Assembly (NCBI RefSeq): GCF_001194135.2
Contig: NC_068984.1
Span: 37,689,607 to 37,753,606 of the forward strand
Source of the DNA: Octopus bimaculoides
Taxonomy: Eukaryota
Length of the DNA: 64,000 bases
Reading direction: 5' to 3'
The notes under the pieces were generated by a model, which was not told the DNA's origin, did no database searches, and worked only from the letters and a program-made list of their open reading frames with translations. The position numbers were made by a program, and so were the translations under genes. Shown here in pieces: positions 1-11,897 of the stretch (position 1 is its first letter; the number at the start of each line of letters is the position of its first letter).

Positions 1-228
1 TCCACCATATCCTTCCAATCGTTCAGCCTTTTAAACATGTCCTCTCCCGCGTTCTCATACAGAACGCAAGCGAAGCAAACAGGGGGAGGGGAAATCTTAT
101 TATCATCGTGTGTGTTTGTATTTTTTTTCTGTTTTCTTGTTGGAGGGGATTGGGTAGGTTTGGTGTCTGTATGGGTAGGGTGAGGTGGCAAGGGAGCGGA
201 TGGGCCCTGGCTGGGTCGGGGTTCACAA

Positions 229-576
229 TTACTTTCTTTCTTTTCCTTTTTTCCTCCTCACGGCCGTTTCCCATTCCTTATCTTCTGGAGTTTCCCTTTC
301 CACTTCTTGTGTCCTCTCTTGTGGTGGAGGCCGTCTCTCCTCTACCATTTTGGGTGGTGTAGGGCAGTTCGCTCTTATGTGTCCCTTCAGGCCACATTTG
401 AAGCACCGTGGAACTCTTCCTTCCACCCTAACAGTCATAGTTATTTCATCCATGGTTATAGACTCTGTAATCTTTTCTACCGTTTCTTTTGACCCTTGGA
501 CTATCATCTCCAATTGTTGACCTCTCCAGTTAACGCAGTCTTTTTTCTTTGCCTGGAGCACTACTATGCGCTCCAA
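229..576 (-). mobile_element. Non-LTR retrotransposon ORF1/gag-like remnant with a CCHC zinc knuckle
   Basis: The ORF contains CFKCGLKGHIRANC (CX2CX4HX4C), followed by a Pro/Glu-rich linker and a basic tail. The frame is broken upstream. The element class is inferred from the motif alone. Confidence 0.65.
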
Positions 577-3056
577 TTTGTGCTCTATTGTGCCCTAAAT
601 ACGGTGATATACCCCCGAAATGGCCATAGGTGTTCTGTGTTTGTGTTCCACCTATACTTGTAATCCACTGTAAATGATGTTTATGGTTTGACTTTACTGA
701 TGTTACCTGCGGAATGGAGAAATATGGATTTTACTTTGCCACACTTTGGATGTTCTGTTGTTGTTTTGTCCCGTGCACTTCGGTATTCCTGTTTATGAAA
801 TTGGATTTTACCTACTAAATTTGCTGTCATGAGGGAGGTAGTTGAACTTTCGTACTATTTATCTTGAACTTTTTTTATTGGCTATTGGCCTTAGCGAATG
901 AACTGTTGAGCTACGTCTCCCTATGTATTATATTTTTTCTCGATTTTTTTCTATATATATTTTTTTTTTATTCTACTGTATTTGTACCGGTCACTAATAT
1001 TTTTAATCAACTTTTAATCGCAGTTTATTTATTTATTTATATTATTCTATTGTATTTTTAATCGATTTTTATTCTTATGTATAAAAATTTTGACTTCCCT
1101 TTACTAATTTGGTTTTGTGGTCTATGTTGTACTTCTTATATGTGGTCATTGGTGAGCTACGGCTTTTTGAGTCGATGACCTAACGGTTTTATTCTGCAAT
1201 TAACTTTATATATTAACTTTATAAATTTTCAGTATGTTGGAGAAGCAACTCAATCCCTATATATTTATGATGATAAATGGTTTTACCGATAAAGGTTTTT
1301 NNNNNNNNNNNNNNNNNNNNNNNNNNNNNNNNNNNNNNNNNNNNNNNNNNNNNNNNNNNNNNNNNNNNNNNNNNNNNNNNNNNNNNNNNNNNNNNNNNNN
1401 NNNNNNNNNNNNNNNNNNNNNNNNNNNNNNNNNNNNNNNNNNNNNNNNNNNNNNNNNNNNNNNNNNNNNNNNNNNNNNNNNNNNNNNNNNNNNNNNNNNN
1501 NNNNNNNNNNNNNNNNNNNNNNNNNNNNATATATATATATATATATACACACACGTATACAGTCGGCTCCTTTCATTTTCCGTCTGCCAAATCAACTCAC
1601 AAGATTTTGGTCAACCCGGGTCTATAGAAGAAAACATTTGCTCAAGGTGTAATGCAGTGGGACTGAGCTCGAAACCGTGCAATTGGGAAACAACCTTCTT
1701 ACACCATGATTGTACCTATCTTAGCTAAATTTCGCCTTCTTAAGTTCTATTTTTAACTTTCTTGACACTGATCAACCCATTGCTACTAAACATACCTACA
1801 CATTAATATTCTCCTTAACTTAATTTTCGTTTCATCCCTGTAGTAGTAGTAGCTGCAGGAGGTAGTGGTTTGTCCTATGCCAATCTTGAGCTGATTTATG
1901 TGTATGGGCATTTCCATTCGCAATCATACCGTGATTTTATATATTAAGAACACCATAGTTTAACATATATTTCGTTTTTATGAGACGACAGAGTGTAATT
2001 TGAGGGAGAACTAGTTGCTTTTTCTAGCAGTTGACAGCGTTGACACATCTTCATTCGCTCATTCTATCCCTATGGACAACACTTTACTCTTACGGAAGCC
2101 AGATGCATGCCAACTATCCAATATAAATACATTATTTTAGGTTTATTAAATAAGCAACATAGATTTACGAACAATTTACACGTTGTGTATCCGTTAGACT
2201 TGATAAAACCGAAAGTACGATCTACAAGATCTTACTTTTCCGCATCAAGTGTGAAATAGTTTGTCAGGTTGACATCTCACAGACAGAGGAATGACCTGTG
2301 GATATTTAATGATATTTACACTAACCCATCCTATCTGTATTTGAAATGCTATACACTCAATAATACTAGAGTGCACATTGTTCATATGAACGTCTGATAT
2401 TGTTGTTGCTGTCGTTGTTATTGCTTCTAATAATAAGGCCGAAAGTCTTCACGGCCAATCACAGACGAAATTTCTGTTCCTTCTAACTTTGGCCACCAGC
2501 CTCCAAAATCCTCGCCTCTCTGCTCTTGATCAGAGAGAAACACCTAAAATGGTCTGATTTGTTTTTTGCTTGTTTTATCCAGTATCCTCAACACTTCCAG
2601 ACATATATTTTGGACCATTTTTCTCTTCGTTCAGCACTGACATCCATTATCTAGATGATAATTTTCTAAAAGTCACGAAAATTTAGTGTTCCACTGAAAT
2701 GGTATGCTTTCTCCAAGAATCACCATATTTTTACTCTTGTATAGAGATAAAGGGGTTTTTTTGTTCCCTATTCGGTGTGAAACATTTACACTGTACCCTG
2801 TACGGATGGTATCAAGTCCTTATTATTGTTGATGGTGTTGTTATTGCTATTGTAATCACTGTTGCTGCTACTGCTGTTGTTGTTGTTGGATTCAAGTATA
2901 TTACCAGGGTCAAACTAAACGGCCATCAGTGGGAGCTGCTTCGTGTTGCTCTCTCGGTGCACTAAAGAGGCTTCTTTTCGTTTCTTCTGTATGTTTTGGA
3001 ACCATTGCTACGGAGACTGGAAACCTCCCAAACGGCATCCAACCACATGTCTTGTG

Positions 3057-3312
3057 GGTAATCTTCAAGTTTAGGGGTGTAAAAAAAAAAAAAATATTCA
3101 AGGGAAGTAACTGAACGTCTTACCAGTATTCTCCGTACATCTCTGTTTATAAATAAATCACACACGTGATTTGATTGACGTTAGGGTTAGGGTTAGGGTG
3201 TGATTTATTTATAAACAGCTAGAAGAAAACGGATAATACTGGTAAGTCGTTCAGTTATTTCCCTTGAATATTTTTATTTAATTTTTTTGCCCCCCTAAAC
3301 TTGAAGATTACC
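3057..3312. mobile_element. Palindromic MITE (Mutator/MULE-like) with (TTAGGG)3 in the loop
   Basis: Inverted arms of about 105-115 bp begin GGTAATCTTCAAGTTTAGGGG and end CCCCCTAAACTTGAAGATTACC. A 9-bp flanking direct repeat reads TGTCTTGTG (3048-3056) and TGTCTTGCG (3313-3321). Confidence 0.8.
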
Positions 3313-3967
3313 TGTCTTGCGGTAAAATAGAAAGTTGTACAACTTGCTGGTACCAACCAGCTAGCAAGCTTTCTGCCCATAACATAGGGCAACAGAAGGA
3401 AGGTCTGCACTTCTTCAAACACACAACCACCATCACAGCATCAACAGCAACTACAACAGCAGCAGTTATAAAAAACGACAACAACTGCAAGCAACTACAA
3501 CAGTAGCAACAGCTTCAACAGAAACAATAACAGCAGCAGTAGAGACCAATAACACAAGGCAAAAGGACAATTCCGCTGCCACACCAATACAATGCTTCAT
3601 TCATACACATACACACGCGCGCGCTCGTGCACACACATTCACCAAAGCAAAAACACACGCATGCTCACGCATTCACATCCAACCATTCTTTTTACCTCGG
3701 GCCTCTCCAAGATCTTGTTTGAAAACCTCGTTCAAAAAACACAAGAAAACATGAATAGGAAAGTCCCACCTCCGTGTTGCTGGGGTGTGTGTAGCATTCT
3801 GTTCTTATTTTTATGGCAATTAGGTGTCTACAGACTCCACTTGATTGTGTATTACATCAATTTCATTGGTATGGGGTTTAATTAATTGTTTCCTGTTATA
3901 GTAGAAATTTTTTCTGATCTGTGCGCTGTGTGTAATGTGAGTTTTATTTTATTGGATATAAATTTGT

Positions 3968-3971
<4 letters not shown>

Positions 3972-4046
<75 letters not shown>
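3972..4046. repeat. Compound (TA)n(GA)n microsatellite
   Basis: Read directly from the sequence. Confidence 0.98.
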
Positions 4047-4048
<2 letters not shown>

Positions 4049-4269
4049 TACATGAGCTGTGTTGTTTTAAATTATTAGGTGTTTACTGTGTAGGGTGTGG
4101 GTGTTGTGTGTGAAAAGATTGTTTTGAATCGATAGTGTCTTGTCCAAGGTGTGGGTTGTTTATAACAAAGATATTTCGGGTGACAATGTGTAGTGTTGTG
4201 AGCCTTAGCATGGCTTCTGTGTTTCTTTTGGACTTTTGGCAGAAGTGTTAGCTTGTCGGATAAAATGCC

Positions 4270-5440
4270 TAACATCATTTATTCCAGCTCTTTACGTTCA
4301 GATTTCAAATCCCTCCGAGGCCAACTTTGTGTTTCATCTTGGAGAGCTCGATAAAATAAGTACTAATCAAGTACTAGGATCGATATAATAGACTAGCCCC
4401 CTCCCTTCAAAACTGTTGGTTTTATGTCTAAATTAGGAACCTTTAGTATAAATAAGGTTAGGTGGAATGGCAGAATCATTAGAGCTTCGGAAAAAATACT
4501 TTGCGGTATTTCTTCATGCTCTTTACACTCTGAGTACAAATCCCACGAAGGTCAAACCTGCCTTTCATCTTTTCCAGATCTGTAAAATAAAGTACCAGTC
4601 AAGTACTGGGTTTAATGGAATCAACTAAAACACTCGCCTCAACATTTCTGGCCTTGTGCCAAAGTTAGAAAGTAGTAGTAGTAGTAGTAGTAGTAGCAGC
4701 AGGGCAATAAATGAGGCAGTGAGTTGGCAGAATCGTTAGATTATAAGGCGGCGAGCTGGCAGAAACGTTAGCACGCCAGGCGAAATGCGTAGCGGTATTT
4801 CGTCTACCGTTACGTTCTGAGTTCAAATTCCGCCGAAGTCGACTTTGCCTTTCATCCTTTCGGGGTCGATAAATTAAGCACCAGTTACGCACTGGGGTTG
4901 ATGTAATCGACTTAATCCATTTGTCTGTCCTTGTTTGTCCCCTCTATGTTTAGTCCCTTGTGGGCAATAAAGAAATAAGAATCGTTAGCTCGCTGGACAA
5001 AATGCTTAGCAGCATTTCGTCCGTCTACGTTCTGAGTTCAAATTCCGCCAAGGTCAACTTTGCTTTTCATCCTTTCGGGGTCAATAAAATAAGTACTAGT
5101 TGAGGACTTGAGCTGATGTAATCGAGTAGCACCCTTCCCACTAAATTGCAGGGCCTGTGCTTAGTGTAGAAAGGATTATTAGAACAACCGATAGAAGAAC
5201 AACCGATAAATTGCAAAGCAAATTACCTTGCAGTATTTAGTTAAGTTATTAATTAATACGTACGATATTTTAATACGTTTTAAGTTCAACTACCACCGAA
5301 AACGGCTTTGGTTTCCGTCTTTCAGGGGTCGGTAAAATAAACATCAATCAATAAAATAAACACTAGTTCAATAATGATGTAAATCAAACCGATTGCACCT
5401 CCTTCCGCAAAATATTTGATCTTGCGCCTATGTTAGAAAT
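4270..5440 (+). mobile_element. Cluster of about five head-to-tail tRNA-derived SINE copies (family 1)
   Basis: The core GAGTTCAAATTCCGCCGAGGTCGACTTTGCCTTTCATCCTTTCGGGGTCGATAAA(A/T)TAAGTACCAGT recurs with A-box-like (TGGCAGAA..G) and B-box-like (GAGTTCAAAT) motifs. The best copy is about 4745-4975. Confidence 0.85.
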
Positions 5441-5633
5441 CCTATCTTTAACTCTAACCAGACAAATAGTTAATGAGTTATTGACCTGTACTGTCGGCTG
5501 CGCAAGACAGTGCCCATAGCTAAACGACTTAACTCGCATGATCTCAAACACTAAGCAATTTTAAGTGGCAAGGAAAACCACTATATACACATTCGATCTT
5601 CGAGAAATAGCAGCCAAATCTCCCTCAAATCAC

Positions 5634-6206
5634 GGATCTATTTTAAAACGGTGGCCACATTTTTCATTAATGTTTTACGTAGTGTTTTTGGTACGGAAAG
5701 ACTTTCAAACTTCGTATACTTATCTATTTTGTGTTATAGAACAGAAAAATATTTTTGTATTCGAATTTATTTCATGTAAAAAATTGTCTTATTTCGATAA
5801 TTTCAACTAATCACTGACAAGTATTCAGTTGTTTACATTTACTCCTTTGGCTGATTAAGCGATGTAAAGCGTATTTAATCTTCATACCTTCGTTTTATTT
5901 GCTTTTTTCATTTTAAATTTGCTTTAACCCTAACCCTAACCCTAACCCTACGGTTAGGGTTAGGGTTAATTGTTTCAGAATCGTTTGTTTATGTAGTCGG
6001 CACTTAATGTATATCGGCTGAATGGACGTCAGTGACTGGTTGAAATTACAGAAATACGACAACTTCAACATGGAATAACTTATGGATTTCTTTTTTTTTA
6101 AGAAGACTAAGAGAAAAAGATGTTTTATATGACACATTCTACCAGTGTTCCAAGTTTCAAAGTGTTTCGTTAATGAAAAATGTGGCCCCCGTTTTAAAAA
6201 AGATCC
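5634..6206. mobile_element. Non-autonomous TIR DNA transposon with an 8-bp TSD and central opposed telomeric repeats, nested in another interspersed repeat
   Basis: The left end reads GGATCTATTTTAAAACGGTGGCCACATTTTTCATTAA. The right end reverse-complements to GGATCTTTTTTAAAACGGGGGCCACATTTTTCATTAA. Flanks are CAAATCAC (5626-5633) and CAAATTAC (6207-6214), and the host repeat resumes after the insertion. Confidence 0.8.
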
Positions 6207-8362
6207 CAAATTACATTCTATCATCTTAAAAAGAGGAAGATCACATTGGGTAAAGTAGCTCTAGATGGCCTTAGATGAACTATAGCTGAATAAAAAATGA
6301 GATAGTTATGGCTGGAACATTTTTATTCATAGCTCTGCAAGATCAGAACTGATATGAGGGTTAAATAACAATGAAACCACAATTGCATGTCAATGAAAGG
6401 GAAACTCTATGTAGTCACTCAACCTGCTAGATATAGCAGCCAAACCTCCCTTAATTTAGATCCTACAATCTTGAAAGGACACATCAGATGATGCAATCTG
6501 AAGAACACACTTGTTGAAAGCAGGTGGGATGGCTATAAGTGGAATATCTTTACTGGAACCTGAAACTTACTAGCAACAGCAGCGACTAGACGTTTACATA
6601 GTGAATCGAGCTTGTGTTAAAATAGTTAATGCTATCAATACCCAAAATCAAATTAGAAATAATTATACAGAGAGGAAAAGAGAATATCAGTAAATACTTA
6701 ATAGTATTTTAATTACCTTAAATGTTCAAGCACAATACGTTACCATATGTAAAACGCATCTCTTTTTATGTCTGAGTTGTCTAAAAAAAAAAGTCACAAT
6801 ACATCATGGTGCTGCACAGCTGCTACCAGAGTAGATAATCTACAATAATCTGTTTTATTAGTTTTTGATATTTCATTTTAAAGAAAATAAATTGATATGA
6901 TAAAGAAATAGCCTAAAACATAATACAGCTTTACATCATTATTTTGTTTTCTTAATAAAAGTAGTGCGTGGTGGGGAGAAAACAGCGTAGCATATGATGT
7001 ATTTTATAAAGAATTAATTTTAATTCTGATTTTAGCGCAGAAAAAATAGACGCGTGTATTATTCATGAAGTTTGGCTGTAGTCCTGAAAGTACAGAAGAC
7101 AAATCTGTACATGTTTTATGCAGGTAGGTAAAAACAGGATGAAATGACATCACTGCTGAAAGCAAGAGAGATAACAAGTTAAAAGTTGATGGATGTTTAC
7201 GCTGGCTCTGGCAAGAGGGATTTCGGTTTTTACTGATGACTTGGCCATGTTAAAAAAAAAAGAAAAAACTAACAATGCGTCACTACTTTCACTTCTGTCA
7301 CTCAACTCTCAAGAGTGGCCTCAATAATGAATAACCAGCGAATTAATCAATAATATTTATTGACAATGTACTCTCTCCCCCTCTCTCTCTCCCTCCCTCT
7401 CTCTCTCCCTCCCTCTCTCTCTCTCTCTCTNNNNNNNNNNCCTCTCTCTCTCCCTCCCTCTCTCTCTCCCTCCCTCTCTCTCTCTCTCTCGCTCCTATAG
7501 TTTGACTTGCAAACATTTGTTTGAAATTTTTTACATTCTTTCACTGGTTTCTTTTCTTATGTTTTTCTTTTTAACCAATTTCGTTCAACCGTTTTTCTCT
7601 TGTTTTACATTTTTGTTTAATTATTCAGTCACTCGTTCAATTATTTTATAGTTTGTTTAGGTTTTTATAATTTTATCTTTATTCATTTATTTGTTTATTG
7701 AGTTGTTTACATCTATTGTTCTTTTATGAGTTTTAGGTTGATATTAGTTGCTCTTTTTTGTCTGTTTTTTGTGTTCTTTTTGTTTTGTTGTTTTTTTTGG
7801 GGGGGGGGTTCTTTTCTTATCTTAGAATTAAATCCGTTAAATTGGTAAGTCAATCAAGTGGCGAAATACCTTACAAAAGACAGCATTCCCTAAAAGAATC
7901 CTGTTCACAGGATGAAAATTCCGTTTTAAAAATATGGAACCCTGACATTCAATTAATAATGATTCGTAGCACTGAGCACTGATAATGCGTTAATTTCCCA
8001 GAGCAAGAAAGAAAACGAAGGGAAACAAGAAAGGAAGTTAGAGACAAAGTTGATATCTCGATGAAATGCAGTCATCTGTTTCGGAACGGTTAGGATTCTC
8101 GCTTTACATGCTTTACATTGATGTCAGGTTTTCCTTTATTTTTTTATATGTATACATATATATTTTTCTTTCTTTTATTTTTTTTGTCAGCTGCATAATA
8201 AATCTTGTGCAAAAGAATGAAATTAAAGCATAACATCCCTTCTAACGCACATGCGTGCGTGTGTGTGTGTGTGTGTATATAGAGAGAAAGAGAGACAGAC
8301 ACATGCGCGCGCGCGCACACACACACACATAGATAGATGTACATCATTTTTACATACATAAC

Positions 8363-8530
8363 TAGGTGCAGGCATGATTTTGTGGATTAGAAGTTTGCTT
8401 CTCAACCTCGTAGTTTCGGTTCTGTCCCACAGCACAGCGCCTTAGACAAGTGTCTTCTACTATAACCCAGGGGCCAACCAATGCCGTGTGAGTGAATTTT
8501 GTAGACGGAAACTGTAACCATGTATATACA
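8363..8530 (+). mobile_element. tRNA-derived SINE, family 2 (other copies about 1530-1700 -, 34958-35125 +, 38285-38455 -, 50025-50195 +)
   Basis: Shared sequence AGGTGCAGGCATGGCTGTGTGG...GGTTCAGTCCCAC...GGCAAGTGTCTTCTACTATAGCC...GTGAGTGGATTTGGTAGACGGAAACTG, with A/B-box-like motifs and a simple-repeat tail. Confidence 0.85.
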
Positions 8531-8703
8531 GACAAATAAATGCATAAGTGTGTATGTATGCATGCATTCATTTATGTATGTGTGCCCTTTTTGTTGTTTC
8601 CTAATATCAGAACGAATGGACAAACATTATTCATAGCTTAAATTTGGAGTATACCACACGATGAAGCAAGTTCGTTTGCATAAAAGTACGTGTATGCCTG
8701 TAC

Positions 8704-8748
<45 letters not shown>

Positions 8749-9699
8749 GCGCGTATTTGTCTGCTAATTTGTGTGTGTTTATGATATACTTCAGCGTACA
8801 CAATTATTGCATCGGATTTTTAGTAACTTTTGAAGAAAATTATACACTTCTGCATATAATGCCACGGTAAGTGTAAAAATGACAAGCGATATTGATTAGA
8901 TATAAATTCAAAGGCACTACGTTCAAGCAAGAGGAGTCTACATAATTTATATAATTTGCTGTTCTTGTTATAAGATGAATGTGTATGCATGTGAAGGTAT
9001 GTGTGTGAATGTGTATGTGTGAGTGTACATGCGTGTATGTATGTGTGTGTGTGTGTGAGTGTAATTTGTTGTTTTTCGTGTGGATGTTTTGCCCTAGGTC
9101 AGACTTGATCGCACGTCTACCTGTGACAATTTTTCTTTTCATCAGCGCAACACCCATAACCACAACATCAAATGTGTCCTTCATCCTTTAAGACAGTATG
9201 GTGTAATTTGAAGGAAATATTTGCTGCTGTTTCGAACCATCTATGATGTATAGACACCATCATTGGCTCCAACTTTCCTTGGTTGTTAGAGTTGCCATTA
9301 GTTAGTAAAATATATCAGACTATAAACGATTAAACGGAGCAGGAGGTGACTTTAACCGTGTATAAAACATTGTACATAAGGCTCTATGCCAAAACTGATT
9401 TCGTGCATGAGTGACCATTTGTGTTACCTTCTACTGATTGAACAAACCTATGATTAAAAAAGCATCCTAGTCATGGCAACCTCATCTGTGTTTTTAGGAG
9501 ACGCTTATGACTACATTTTCTTATGTGCTCCTCTTTGTTTAAAACAGTAGTGTCTGGTTTGTGGGAGTCTTGACTGCTCTTCCTAGTGGATCGAGCGACT
9601 ATGTAGATACTCATTAATTTGCATGTGTTTGTGTGAATGCGTGCATGTGTATGTATGGGTTGGTGTATGTGTATGCGTCTTTGTGTTTGTATTTTTTGT

Positions 9700-9890
9700 C
9701 CACCACAGTTTGACAACCAGTGTTGGTTTGTTTACGTCCCTGTATCTTATCGGTTCAGCAAAAGAGAACAATAGAATAAGAACCAGACTTTAAAATAAGT
9801 ACTAAAGTCGATTTGTTCGACTAAAACCGCCAAAGTGGTGTTCCAGTATGACCACAATGCAATGAATGAAACAATTAAAAAGATAAAATT
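9700..9890 (+). mobile_element. Interspersed repeat, family 3 (second copy about 35745-35950)
   Basis: Shared CCAGTGTTGGTTTGTTTACG...GTCGATTTGTTCGACTAAAACC...CTCCAGCATGACC...GAAACAAGTA between the two loci. Confidence 0.7.
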
Positions 9891-10925
9891 TTAAATATAT
9901 GTTGCTTGGGAAGTGGGGATATTCGAATGGTTAGCTCCACAATTTTGAGGTGCCAGGTTCGATTTCACAACATGATACCTCAGATAAGCATCTTCTACTT
10001 TAACTTTGACTCCATCACCTAAGCTTTGTGACACTGAGTTGACAAACTATACGGAATACTGTCAGGTGGATAGTACCTACGATTTTTCCTGAGAGTCACG
10101 TTAAGAGCACAAGTTTATCTATTGAATGTTCAGTCACAATATAACATAATGAGTAGGTATTTTAGTTGATCAAACAACTAGAATACCGATCATCGTCGAA
10201 ACCAACAGGGGGTCAATTTTCAATGATAGTTTTTAATGGAAGAGATTAGAGTACAATTTAAATATTAAAAATATTATTTTGTGATCATTGCAGGATTTAG
10301 GCATAAGCTAAACAAGCTAGAGTTAAGGGCTTCACAGGGAACTCTAATTCAAAGGCACATATGTTTCTAATTTATACGAGATCTTCTGTTGTAATTTATA
10401 ATAAGCTTAAATAGCTTAGGACTTTATTGGGTGGAATGAAGGTCTATTTCAATTGAATTTGATCAGTTTAAAATATTTGTAGAAATAATAAAGGCTGAAT
10501 TGGCAGCCTTGCACAAACCAGCAGCGTAACCAGTAGTTTCTATGCTGTGGTCAACTGGCAATACAGTGCCCGTTGCAAAGACATTTTACTCTTAACACTT
10601 CTAAGCAGTAGGAGCATTGCGGTTTATTGGCTTCTATTGCTGACCGAACTGAATTATTTCCATAAGAAATGTTACCCTCGACTGACCACTATCCGATCTA
10701 AAGAAAATGTCCTTCACATCCAAATAACTCACTTGCCGCTACGAGATACTTGTAGTCCAGAAGTGGATTGCGTGATTATCTTCAGCTCTAACCACTCCAG
10801 TTAAGGTCCTACGCATTAATCTCTCATATTATGAATCAGCTTTCTAACTACCCGTAAGCATCACAGATATTTAGTTCAGCTTTAATAAATAGTATATATA
10901 AATAGTATACATATATAATAAATAG

Positions 10926-10982
<57 letters not shown>

Positions 10983-11613
10983 NNNNNNNNNNNNNNNNNN
11001 NNNNNNNNNNNNNNNNNNNNNNNNNNNNNNNNNNNNNNNNNNNNNNNNNNNNNNNNNNNNNNNNNNNNNNNNNNNNNNNNNNNNNNNNNNNNNNNNNNNN
11101 NNNNNNNNNNNNNNNNNNNNNNNNNNNNNNNNNNNNNNNNNNNNNNNNNNNNNNNNNNNNNNNNNNNNNNNNNNNNNNNNNNNNNNNNNNNNNNNNNNNN
11201 NNNNNNNNNNNNNNNNNNNNNNNNNNNNNNNNNNNNNNNNNNNNNNNNNNNNNNNNNNNNNNNNNNNNNNNNNNNNNNNNNNNNNNNNNNNNNNNNNNNN
11301 NNNNNNNNNNNNNNNNNNNNNNNNNNNNNNNNNNNNNNNNNNNNNNNNNNNNNNNNNNNNNNNNNNNNNNNNNNNNNNNNNNNNNNNNNNNNNNNNNNNN
11401 NNNNNNNNNNNNNNNNNNNNNNNNNNNNNNNNNNNNNNNNNNNNNNNNNNNNNNNNNNNNNNNNNNNNNNNNNNNNNNNNNNNNNNNNNNNNNNNNNNNN
11501 NNNNNNNNNNNNNNNNNNNNNNNNNNNNNNNNNNNNNNNNNNNNNNNNNNNNNNNNNNNNNNNNNNNNNNNNNNNNNNNNNNNNNNNNNNNNNNNNNNNN
11601 NNNNNNNNNNNNN
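10983..11613. other. Assembly gap (others at 1301-1528, 7431-7440, 18072-18780, 21275-21329, 23375-23410, 27164-27266, 39599-39701, 48201-48550, 60923-60932)
   Basis: Runs of N, nearly all abutting (TG)n, (TA)n or (CT)n microsatellites. Confidence 1.
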
Positions 11614-11887
11614 TATAATGTGATCAATAAGTATCCGGACGGTTTCCATAGTAACAATGCTAAAGCATGCAGAGTCAAGCTGTTTGGAAAAGATTGACCT
11701 TAAACTCTGCTGTGTATGTGCACTAAGTTTTAATGTTCTAGCTCACTTCCGCTGTTTACAGCAGTGCTTGGAAGGAACCTGTGTAACGTGTGATCATCGC
11801 ATTCACCATGACAGAGAAAGCTGTCATGGAGATACTTGCTCAGAGATCTGAGCAATGTTGCAGAAAGTGTATGGAGATGAGCGTATG
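11614..11887 (+). mobile_element. Mariner-family non-autonomous element, left arm only
   Basis: Matches the left arm of the 52039-52912 element (TGATCAATAAGTATCC...CCATAGTAA...AGTGCTTGGAAGGAA...GCAGAAAGTGTATGGAGA) and stops at the KVYGDE codons. Confidence 0.8.
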
Positions 11888-11897
11888 GAGATGAGTC

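Noticed and set aside
2517-2760. Possible second, older Chapaev-like fragment on the minus strand (VSAERRE.., DH..FSLIK)
   Set aside because: The similarity is too weak to support by eye and needs a profile search.
4270-5440. CRISPR-like repeat-spacer array
   Set aside because: The units are diverged SINE copies of about 200 bp in a eukaryotic genome, with no constant short repeat and no cas genes.
5925-5968. Ancient telomere-telomere fusion site
   Set aside because: The orientation is CCCTAA then TTAGGG, opposite to a fusion scar. The array is tiny and sits inside a TSD-flanked transposon.
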